NCBI GenBank assembly: GCA_041654355.1
Contig: JBAZDQ010000007.1
Span: 3,258-67,257, forward strand
Source: Bacteroidales bacterium
GTDB taxonomy: Bacteria > Bacteroidota > Bacteroidia > Bacteroidales > UBA932
Direction of reading: 5' to 3'
Length of the DNA stretch: 64,000 nt
The position numbers were made by a program, and so were the translations under genes. How positions within the stretch are numbered: position 1 is the first letter of the stretch; each line of letters opens with the position of its first letter. The notes under the pieces were generated by a model that was not told the origin of the DNA, did no database searches, and worked only from the letters and a program-made list of their open reading frames with translations. Of the stretch, positions 45,640 to 53,326 are shown piece after piece.

Positions 45640-46008
45640 ATGAAAACTCTGTACACTGTTTTGCTTTTGGTGTTCTCTAATGTCTTTATGACAATCGCAT
45701 GGTACGGACACCTGAAATTTACTTCTATGAAGTGGTTTCAGTCCCTGCCATTGATTGCAATTATCCTTTTAAGCTGGGGTATCGCTTTTGCAGAGTACTG
45801 TTTTCAGGTCCCGGCCAACCGGATAGGGTATGTTGGAAACGGAGGCCCGCTGTCTCTCATACAACTTAAGGTCATACAGGAAGTCATCTCCCTGAGTGTA
45901 TTTACTGTTTTTACGCTGGTTGTATTCAGGACAGAGCAATTCAGGTGGAACCACATATTGGCTTTTTTCCTGCTGATAGCTGCGGTATACTTGGTATTCA
46001 GAAAATAA
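45640..46008 (+). CDS. DMT-superfamily small membrane protein (DUF486-like)
   Basis: 122 aa with 4 TM helices and an N-terminal MKTLYTVLLLVFSNVFMTIAWYGHLKF pattern. The ATG at 45640 was chosen within track ORF 45595-46008. Confidence 0.65.
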   Translation: MKTLYTVLLLVFSNVFMTIAWYGHLKFTSMKWFQSLPLIAIILLSWGIAFAEYCFQVPANRIGYVGNGGPLSLIQLKVIQEVISLSVFTVFTLVVFRTEQFRWNHILAFFLLIAAVYLVFRK

Positions 46009-46037
46009 AAAGACCGCTTTTTCAAGCGGTCTTTGTT
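46008..46037. terminator. Bidirectional rho-independent terminator
   Basis: Stem AGACCGC / GCGGTCT, flanked by an A-run upstream and T-rich sequence downstream. It lies between convergent genes. Confidence 0.6.
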
Positions 46038-46143
46038 AATATATTGACGAACTATTGTACACCTAACCCCATCTTAATGGGTTACAAAAAACGCGGCAAA
46101 GGTAAAAGGATTTTTCAAGATTGCAATAGGTGAATAAATTATT

Positions 46144-46488
46144 TTATTCATCTCCTGACAAATCTTCAAACTTTACGTTGGTAAATTCATTGGGGCGGGC
46201 TTCTGTAACAGGGATCCGGTCCTTTATGAATTTAATGACTTCTTCCAGGCCTTCGGTAAATTTTTCAAAATCTTCCTTGTACAGGAAAACTTTATGCTTT
46301 TCATATGAAAACCGTCCGTCTTTGTCAACACGACGTTTGCTTTCCGTAATAGTCAGGTAATAGTCGTTTCCTTTAGTTGCCTTAACGTCAAAGAAATAGG
46401 TTCTTTTTCCGGCGCGTACGGGTTTGGAAAAAACATCTTCTCCACTATGTTCCGCCTTGGAGGAACGGTCGAAATCTTCAAAATACAT
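46144..46488 (-). CDS. PUR-alpha-like nucleic-acid-binding protein (DUF3276)
   Basis: Pattern VRAGKRTYFFDVKATKGNDYYLTITESKRR...EKHKVFLYKEDFEKF. Confidence 0.7.
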   Translation of the reverse strand: MYFEDFDRSSKAEHSGEDVFSKPVRAGKRTYFFDVKATKGNDYYLTITESKRRVDKDGRFSYEKHKVFLYKEDFEKFTEGLEEVIKFIKDRIPVTEARPNEFTNVKFEDLSGDE

Positions 46489-46513
46489 AAGTCTGATTTA
46501 TTTATAATATCCA

Positions 46514-46521
46514 CAAATATA
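46514..46521 (-). promoter_or_regulatory. -7 promoter box (TATATTTG on minus strand) for the PUR-like gene
   Basis: Plus strand reads CAAATATA, 25 nt upstream of the ATG at 46488. Confidence 0.5.
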
Positions 46522-46541
46522 AAATATTTGCTTTAAAACTG

Positions 46542-46549
46542 TATATTTG
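46542..46549 (+). promoter_or_regulatory. -7 promoter box TATATTTG for nusB operon
   Basis: Exact TAnnTTTG match 27 nt upstream of the ATG at 46577. Confidence 0.5.
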
Positions 46550-46576
46550 CAGAGATTCTTTTTGATTTAAAAAAGT

Positions 46577-47521
46577 ATGCTCAGCAGGCGTTTTATCCGT
46601 ATTAAGATTTTTAAGGTATTATTCAGCAGCGTTCATTCTCAGAATTTTGATCTTGCATTGGCAGAAAATGAACTCATCAGGAGCCTTGATAAAACAAGAC
46701 AATTGTATTTTCTGCTGCTCTCACTGCCGGGAACACTTGTTCGCTATGCACAGGAACGGATTGACATAGGCTTGCAGAAATACCGCCCTACAGAAAAGGA
46801 AACAAATCCCAACCTGAGGTTCGTCAATAATAAAGCCATTGGGGTGCTGGAAGCGGACAAAGAACTTACAGATTCCCGCACACATGGACTAAATTGGACC
46901 GCTAACAGAAGCTACATAATCCAATTGTACGAATCGCTTAAAGAAGAACCGTTTTTTTTGGATTACATGAATGCTGCCGAAGAACCCGGCTTTCTGGAGG
47001 ATTTGCAATTTTTAATGGATTTTTTCGGCAGTCAGCTGGATGATGATCCGGAACTTTACAGTATACTGGAAGACCGCAGCCTTCACTGGGCAGATGATGT
47101 AGCCTATATTTGTAATGTCATCCTGACACAATTGTCAGGTTTACGGACCGAACATGACAAACTGAAGCATCCGCCTTTGTTTTATAATGATGAAGATAAA
47201 ATTTTTGCCACCGGTTTGTTTGCCCATTCTTTACAACATTACGGTGAATACGTAAACTACATAGAAAAGTTTGCACAGAACTGGGATCTGGAGCGAATCG
47301 CAGCAACAGATACCATCCTCATTGTAATGGGAGTGGCAGAAGCAGTAGAATTCCCGCAGATACCCATAAAAGTTACTCTCAACGAAATGGTGGAAATATC
47401 CAAGTTCTACAGTACCGGAAATTCCAAAATGTTCGTTAACGGGATCCTGGACCGCATCATTAAATTTCTGACAGGAGAAGGTACCATAGAAAAACGTGGC
47501 AGGGGACTTGTAGAGAAATAA
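46577..47521 (+). CDS. nusB: Transcription antitermination factor NusB (long Bacteroidetes form)
   Basis: N-terminus MLSRRFIRIKIFKVLF and C-terminal NusB core (ERIAATDTILIVMGVAE...EMVEISKFYSTGNSKMFVNGILD). Sits in the conserved nusB-yajC-ybbR-coaE order. Confidence 0.8.
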   Translation: MLSRRFIRIKIFKVLFSSVHSQNFDLALAENELIRSLDKTRQLYFLLLSLPGTLVRYAQERIDIGLQKYRPTEKETNPNLRFVNNKAIGVLEADKELTDSRTHGLNWTANRSYIIQLYESLKEEPFFLDYMNAAEEPGFLEDLQFLMDFFGSQLDDDPELYSILEDRSLHWADDVAYICNVILTQLSGLRTEHDKLKHPPLFYNDEDKIFATGLFAHSLQHYGEYVNYIEKFAQNWDLERIAATDTILIVMGVAEAVEFPQIPIKVTLNEMVEISKFYSTGNSKMFVNGILDRIIKFLTGEGTIEKRGRGLVEK

Positions 47522-47547
47522 ATATTATTAAAAACCAATATTTAAAC

Positions 47548-47877
47548 ATGAACACTCTATTTTTAATTTTACAGGAACAAACAACAGCAGCTGCCGCAAA
47601 AGGCGGTAACTGGTCTTTTCTGATTATGATGGTAGCCATTTTTGTGGTGATGTACTTTTTGATGATCCGTCCCCAGAAGAAACGCCAGAAAGAATTGAAA
47701 TCATACCGCGACAACTTGCAAAAGGGTGAAAAGGTCATAACTGCAGGCGGCATATACGGCACTGTGGTTGAAGTAAAAGATACTACCGTATTACTGGAAG
47801 TGGACAACAACGTGAAGATCAGGGTTGACAAATCAAGTCTTGTCAAGGACTCCAGCGACCTTCAGCAACAAAGGTAA
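47548..47877 (+). CDS. yajC: Preprotein translocase subunit YajC
   Basis: One TM helix, then IRPQKKRQKE...GEKVITAGGIYGTVVEV. Confidence 0.85.
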   Translation: MNTLFLILQEQTTAAAAKGGNWSFLIMMVAIFVVMYFLMIRPQKKRQKELKSYRDNLQKGEKVITAGGIYGTVVEVKDTTVLLEVDNNVKIRVDKSSLVKDSSDLQQQR

Positions 47878-47952
47878 TACTAACAACATACGCCCTTCCC
47901 CTTACGGCAGGGTAGGTACGGCTAACCAAAACGCCTTACAAAAGTATGGTTT

Positions 47953-48897
47953 ATGAAACGTTCCAGATTGGTTCTAATACTGTGTATAATCACAGCTTTT
48001 TTCCTTTGGGTGGTCTACACATTGTCCAATGAATACACCGCCTATTTCCGGTTCCCGCTGGAAGTGGAAACCAATCTGGAAGGCCGCACTAATATTTCCC
48101 GTCCCGACAACACACTATTCATAAGAGGAACGGCCAGGGGATTTTACATAATCCGCAACACCTGGCGTAAAAGGACCCCGCCGGTAAGATTTTTTGCCGA
48201 CAAGGAACTGGTCCATGAGGTCCCGGACAGCGATGACGAATTTTACCTGATTTCGGATAATATTGACAACCTGGTTAACGATGCCCTGGGTGCTGATCTG
48301 GAACTGGAAACCATATTAAGTGATACAATTCGACTGAGATATCCCCGCGAGCATTTCAGGAAAGTTCCTGTGCATTTTGTTTCAGACCTATCGTATAAAT
48401 CCCAGTTTATGTCTTTTGAACCTGTCAGGCTGACACCTGACAGCGTTTTGGTATATGCCCGGGAATCTTACCTGGAGATCATCGAAGAAGTAAAAACCCG
48501 GAAAATAACCCTGGGCAATCTTTCGCAGAGCGTGGAGGGCATAACACGTTTGGAAATTCCTGAAAACGCCAGGCTTTCACATGCCGAGGTGGAATACAGG
48601 ATCCCGGTAAGGCGTTACGTTGAAATGTCCTTCGAGGTTCCGGTTACAACACGGAACGTTCCTTACAGAAGGGAACTTTTTATTTTGCCCGATGTGGTAA
48701 CAATTCAATTCCGGTGTCCTTTCCAGGAGGCATCCGGCATCTCTCCCGATGACTTTCATCTTGTGGTTGATTACAACGACTTTATCCGGAAGGAAAGCGG
48801 AAAGATCATTCCCATGTTAGAAGCTTCTCCCAACGTGATCAGCCACATAAATATGGCACCCCAATTTGTGGACGGAATCATCCAGAATCGTTACTAA
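47953..48897 (+). CDS. YbbR-like domain protein
   Basis: N-terminal TM anchor and repeated beta-rich modules. Sits in the conserved position between yajC and coaE. Confidence 0.55.
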   Translation: MKRSRLVLILCIITAFFLWVVYTLSNEYTAYFRFPLEVETNLEGRTNISRPDNTLFIRGTARGFYIIRNTWRKRTPPVRFFADKELVHEVPDSDDEFYLISDNIDNLVNDALGADLELETILSDTIRLRYPREHFRKVPVHFVSDLSYKSQFMSFEPVRLTPDSVLVYARESYLEIIEEVKTRKITLGNLSQSVEGITRLEIPENARLSHAEVEYRIPVRRYVEMSFEVPVTTRNVPYRRELFILPDVVTIQFRCPFQEASGISPDDFHLVVDYNDFIRKESGKIIPMLEASPNVISHINMAPQFVDGIIQNRY

Positions 48898-48901
48898 AAC
48901 C

Positions 48902-49513
48902 ATGGAAACACTAATCTCACTCGGTATTACGGGCGGCATAGGCAGTGGAAAAAGCTATGTTACACGTATATTCACTGCACTGGGTATTCCATGTTACGAT
49001 TCAGATGCACGAACAAAATTGCTCTACAGGGAGAACGAAGAATTGAAGGAAGCGTTGATCAATCTTCTGGGACCCTTTATTTACAGGGACGGTGAACCGG
49101 ATACCCGGGTTATGGCATCCCTGATCTTCAGCGACCACAGTCTCCTTAAAAAAGTCAATACACTCGTTCATCCTTATGTAGTGCGTGATTTTTTAAAATG
49201 GGCAGCAAATACGAATGCCCCTTATGTGATATTTGAAAGTGCTATCCTTCTGGAAATGGACCCGCCTTTTCATACCACAAAAGTACTGACCGTATCTGCC
49301 AATAAAGAACTACGCTTGCTGAGAGCTTCCGGGCGGGACAATAGCCACAGGCAGTCGGTATTAATCAGAATGGATAAACAGTGGACTGACCGTCAAAGGG
49401 AATCCGGATCAGATTTTATTATTGTTTCGGATGAAATACAACCGTTATTGCCCCGTGTTCTGGCAGTTCACGATGAAATGATACAATTAACCAAACATAA
49501 TCATGAAAACTGA
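48902..49513 (+). CDS. coaE: Dephospho-CoA kinase
   Basis: P-loop GITGGIGSGKS immediately after the ATG at 48902. The track start at 48866 overlaps the upstream gene. Confidence 0.9.
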   Translation: METLISLGITGGIGSGKSYVTRIFTALGIPCYDSDARTKLLYRENEELKEALINLLGPFIYRDGEPDTRVMASLIFSDHSLLKKVNTLVHPYVVRDFLKWAANTNAPYVIFESAILLEMDPPFHTTKVLTVSANKELRLLRASGRDNSHRQSVLIRMDKQWTDRQRESGSDFIIVSDEIQPLLPRVLAVHDEMIQLTKHNHEN

Positions 49514-50060
49514 TCTTACTAAAATTCTCTCCATAGGAGGACACCCCGGACTTTACCGTTACCTGGCTCAAAGCAACGGGGGTGTGGTCGTCGAATCCAT
49601 GACAGACAAAACCAGGAAATGGATGGGCCCAAGTGCACGTATGACCTCATTGTCAGATATTTCAGTTTATACCACAATGGAAGACGAACTGAAATTGCAG
49701 GATATTTTCACCAAAATGAAGGATTTTCTGAAAGAAGAATCTGCCCCGGACTCCAAATCAACGGCAGAAGAAATGGCCGGGTTTTTTGACAAGGTAATCC
49801 CCCAGTACGACAAGGACCGTTTTTACCCTTCACACATGAAGAAAGTGCTGGATTGGTATAATATTCTGAAAGCGGCCGATGCCCTGGACTTTGAAAATCC
49901 GGAAGAAGAAGAAAAAGGGGAAGGTAGTTCCGTTCAGGAAAGCCCTGAAAAACATACGGCAAAATCCGTAAAAGTCCAAAAATCTGAAGGGACCAAAGCT
50001 CCTAAAACTACCGGTGCAAAAGCGCCCAAACCGGTAATGAAACATACCACACAAAAATAA
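49503..50060 (+). CDS. Conserved hypothetical protein (DUF5606-like) with Lys/Pro-rich basic tail
   Basis: N-terminus ILSIGGHPGLYRYLAQSNGGVVVES. The C-terminal low-complexity tail reads KAPKTTGAKAPKPV. Confidence 0.45.
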   Translation: MKTDLTKILSIGGHPGLYRYLAQSNGGVVVESMTDKTRKWMGPSARMTSLSDISVYTTMEDELKLQDIFTKMKDFLKEESAPDSKSTAEEMAGFFDKVIPQYDKDRFYPSHMKKVLDWYNILKAADALDFENPEEEEKGEGSSVQESPEKHTAKSVKVQKSEGTKAPKTTGAKAPKPVMKHTTQK

Positions 50061-50072
50061 CACCCTGTAAGA

Positions 50073-51395
50073 ATGACAGGAAAAGTCTCTGTCTATACAC
50101 TGGGCTGTTCCAAAAACCGCGTGGACAGTGAACACCTCATGCACCAGCTGGAAGCGGGAGGATGGGACGTTATTCCTGATGCCATAGAAGAAGATTATCC
50201 CCTGGATGTTTTGATTATCAACACCTGCGGATTTATTCACGATGCCAAAGAGGAATCCATAGATTACATCCTGGAATCTTTGCAGGAAAAACAACGGGGA
50301 AGAATCGGAAAAGTAATAGTAATGGGATGTCTGTCTGAGCGTTACAGAAAAGAGCTGGAACAGGAGATCCCGGAAACCGATGCGATTTTTGGAGTGGAAG
50401 ATATTCCCCGGATAACGGCGGCCATGGGGGTTCAGTACGATCCCCGGCTTGCTACACAACGGGTATTGTCAACCCCTGCGCATTATGCCTACCTGAAACT
50501 CAGCGAAGGTTGTGACCGCGGTTGTGCTTATTGTGCCATTCCCCTGATCCGGGGAAAACACATCTCCCGTCCCAAAGAAGATCTGATAAAAGAAGCCCGG
50601 TTCCTGGCAGAACAAGGTGTGAAGGAATTGGTACTCGTTGCCCAGGACACAAGTTATTACGGATTGGATCTGTACGGAAAGCGTAATCTTGCAAACCTTA
50701 TGGAAGAACTGTGTCGGATAGATTCTATAGAGTGGATCCGCCTTTTGTATACCTATCCCCAGGGATTTCCACTGGATGTTCTCAGACTTATGGGGACAGA
50801 AAAGAAAATCTGTCAATACATGGATATTCCGTTGCAACACATATCTGATAAAGTGCTTTCAGCCATGCGACGCAACACAACAAAAATACAAACGCTTCAA
50901 TTGCTGGAAGATTTTCGTAAATTCGTACCGGGCATTTGTATACGCACTACGCTCATGGTCGGTCACCCGGGAGAGGGCGAGAAAGAATTCCGGGAATTGA
51001 CAGACTTTGTTACAGAGGCCCGTTTTGAAAGAATGGGGGCTTTTATGTATTCCCGGGAAGCAGGTACCTATGGGGCAAAGCACCTGAAGGATACAGTTAC
51101 CCAAAGAGTAAAACGGGAAAGGTATGCCCGGTTAATGGAACTTCAAAAAGGCATATCCTTTGCTTACAATAAATCCAGGGTGGGGACCAAATGCAGCGTA
51201 TTGGCAGATTACCTCATCACCCAAGATAAAGAACCCCGGGTGAAAGTATTGGGAAGAACACAATACGAAGCGCCTGAAGTTGATGGACATATCATACTGG
51301 AAAATGCACCGGAAGTAGTACCGGGTTCTTTTGTAACAGCCCGGATAACGAAAGCAGATGACTACGATCTGTATGCCCGGCTAATAAATGAATAA
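50073..51395 (+). CDS. rimO: Ribosomal protein S12 methylthiotransferase RimO
   Basis: N-terminal UPF0004 Cys triad (LGCSKN, NTCGF, GCL), radical SAM CDRGCAYC, and a C-terminal TRAM domain. Confidence 0.9.
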   Translation: MTGKVSVYTLGCSKNRVDSEHLMHQLEAGGWDVIPDAIEEDYPLDVLIINTCGFIHDAKEESIDYILESLQEKQRGRIGKVIVMGCLSERYRKELEQEIPETDAIFGVEDIPRITAAMGVQYDPRLATQRVLSTPAHYAYLKLSEGCDRGCAYCAIPLIRGKHISRPKEDLIKEARFLAEQGVKELVLVAQDTSYYGLDLYGKRNLANLMEELCRIDSIEWIRLLYTYPQGFPLDVLRLMGTEKKICQYMDIPLQHISDKVLSAMRRNTTKIQTLQLLEDFRKFVPGICIRTTLMVGHPGEGEKEFRELTDFVTEARFERMGAFMYSREAGTYGAKHLKDTVTQRVKRERYARLMELQKGISFAYNKSRVGTKCSVLADYLITQDKEPRVKVLGRTQYEAPEVDGHIILENAPEVVPGSFVTARITKADDYDLYARLINE

Positions 51396-51411
51396 AGTTG
51401 AAAAATTTGAT

Positions 51412-52158
51412 ATGCAATTACTTAAAGACAAAAAAGTACTTATTACAGGGGCAGCACGCGGGATCGGGAAAGCCGTAGCCGTTGAAATGGCCCGGCACGG
51501 AGCTGATGTTGCCTTTACCGATCTCAAAATTGACGATCAGGCCAACGAAACACTGGAAGAGATCCGAGCCCTGGGAGTAAAAGCCATCGCTTTTGCTTCC
51601 AATGCCGCCTCCTTTGAGGAAACCCACCGGGTAGTGGAACAGGTAATGCAAGAATTCGGACGTATTGATATATTGATCAACAACGCCGGTATAACGCGCG
51701 ACAACCTGGTATTACGTATGTCTGAACAACAATGGGACATGGTTCTGGACGTGAATTTGAAATCCGCCTTCAATTTTATTCATGCCCTGGCACCGGTTAT
51801 GGTCAAACAAAAAGGAGGCAGTATAATCAACATGAGTTCCGTCGTCGGGCTCTCTGGTAATGCCGGTCAGACCAATTACTCGGCTTCCAAAGCCGGCCTC
51901 ATAGCCTTGACAAAGTCCGTAGCCAAAGAACTCGGACCAAGGGGCATACGAGCCAATGCCGTAGCTCCCGGATTTATCGTAAGCGATATGACCGATCAGC
52001 TTTCTGAAGCCGTACGTAAATCCTGGACAGACACCATACCACTAAGAAGGGGAGGGACCCCGCAGGATGTAGCAAATGTTTGTGTCTTCCTGGGATCGGA
52101 CCTGTCTTCTTATGTCAGCGGACAAGTAATACCCGTTTGCGGGGGAATGCATACGTAA
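51412..52158 (+). CDS. fabG: 3-oxoacyl-[ACP] reductase
   Basis: TGAARGIG Rossmann motif, NNAG, and catalytic YSASKAG. The ATG at 51412 gives the canonical ~248 aa. Confidence 0.9.
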   Translation: MQLLKDKKVLITGAARGIGKAVAVEMARHGADVAFTDLKIDDQANETLEEIRALGVKAIAFASNAASFEETHRVVEQVMQEFGRIDILINNAGITRDNLVLRMSEQQWDMVLDVNLKSAFNFIHALAPVMVKQKGGSIINMSSVVGLSGNAGQTNYSASKAGLIALTKSVAKELGPRGIRANAVAPGFIVSDMTDQLSEAVRKSWTDTIPLRRGGTPQDVANVCVFLGSDLSSYVSGQVIPVCGGMHT

Positions 52159-52179
52159 ACAATATTAAAACTATAAAAT

Positions 52180-53127
52180 ATGAAAGCCATACGTACTACC
52201 GGACTTCTATCCGTTTTGCTCCTTTTGAGTGCATGCGGTCCCCTGATCAACATAATGGAAGTAGACGTGAGGCTCCCGGCTACCAGGCCCCTAAATATTT
52301 TGGGCAGGGAAATGGCTGTCTTCACGCCCCAATACGACTCGGTATCTGTAACCGACTCGGTTTTGTTGTATAATTTTGCCCAATCGCTGGCAGATGCTCT
52401 TTCATCGGAGGCGTACCTCTCTCCCGGATCTGTACCGGTTTTCAGTCATCATACCGGATCGGAAGCTTTGGGTACATTGGAACAACCCGACTACGTACAC
52501 CGGCTGGCCCTGGAAACCGGTACAAACCTGGTTTTTATGGTTGACAGTGTAGAGATAGGCGGTTTCTTTACCCGGGAAGTATCCCAGGTGGAAGACGATT
52601 ATAAATTACAATACCTGATGGCTCCCTTCACTTCGGTGGTCAGGGTCTACGATGCCGAAAAAGTGGAGTTTATAAAATACATTCCTCTTTGTGATACCGT
52701 TGCCTGGGAAGTGTGGCTCCCCTCTGAAGGTGAACACGTTTCCATACCCTCTACAGCTTTTCAGGACCTGCAACGGGCCTCGGGATACTTTGCCCAAGAG
52801 TTGGCAGAGACTTTTATGGACCAGTGGGAAACACAGGACAGGGTAATATTCGTTTACGAAAAAAGAGCCTGGAATCTGGCTTACAATCATGCTCTGGCCT
52901 TTGCCTGGGATGAAGCCATGAATATCTGGATGGAGCTGGTCAAAGGCACCAACACCAAAGAAGTAGCCTGTGCCGCTTTCAATTTGGCCCTTGCTTGTGA
53001 AATGCAGGGAAATTTTGAATTGGCACAGAAATGGCTGGACCTGTCACAAAAAACTTTTGAGCTCCCGGAAACAAAATATTACCGGGAACTTTTGCAAGAT
53101 CGGAAAAAACAAAAAATTCTGTTTTGA
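52180..53127 (+). CDS. Lipoprotein with C-terminal TPR-like helix pair, function unknown
   Basis: Lipobox LLLSAC. The C-terminus reads AAFNLALACEMQGNFELAQKWLDLS. Confidence 0.5.
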   Translation: MKAIRTTGLLSVLLLLSACGPLINIMEVDVRLPATRPLNILGREMAVFTPQYDSVSVTDSVLLYNFAQSLADALSSEAYLSPGSVPVFSHHTGSEALGTLEQPDYVHRLALETGTNLVFMVDSVEIGGFFTREVSQVEDDYKLQYLMAPFTSVVRVYDAEKVEFIKYIPLCDTVAWEVWLPSEGEHVSIPSTAFQDLQRASGYFAQELAETFMDQWETQDRVIFVYEKRAWNLAYNHALAFAWDEAMNIWMELVKGTNTKEVACAAFNLALACEMQGNFELAQKWLDLSQKTFELPETKYYRELLQDRKKQKILF

Positions 53128-53306
53128 AAGAAAAGACACCCCCTCGCATCCACAAAACAGTCGTAAGTTTTAACGACCGGGAAATGGCAGTAATAGACCA
53201 TTTTTGTGAAAAATACAACATTAAGGTACGTTCCCGCATGTACCGTGAAGCCATAATCGGAACCATACTCAGGAAACTGGAAGAAGACCATCCCCGTTTG
53301 TTTTAA
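53124..53306 (+). CDS. Small ribbon-helix-helix-like protein (60 aa)
   Basis: TTG start overlapping the upstream stop (TTGA). The pattern is beta-strand TVVSFNDRE, then helix MAVIDHFCEKY, then helix RSRMYREAIIGTILRKL. By eye only. Confidence 0.4.
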   Translation: MKEKTPPRIHKTVVSFNDREMAVIDHFCEKYNIKVRSRMYREAIIGTILRKLEEDHPRLF

Positions 53307-53326
53307 ACAACGGAAATCCCAAGCCT

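Noticed and set aside
46037-46143. Possible small RNA in the 107-nt gap downstream of the PUR-like gene (small stem AACCC...GGGTT)
   Set aside because: It has only a 5-bp stem and no promoter box or terminator of its own. The gap is adequately explained as 3' UTR plus the shared terminator.
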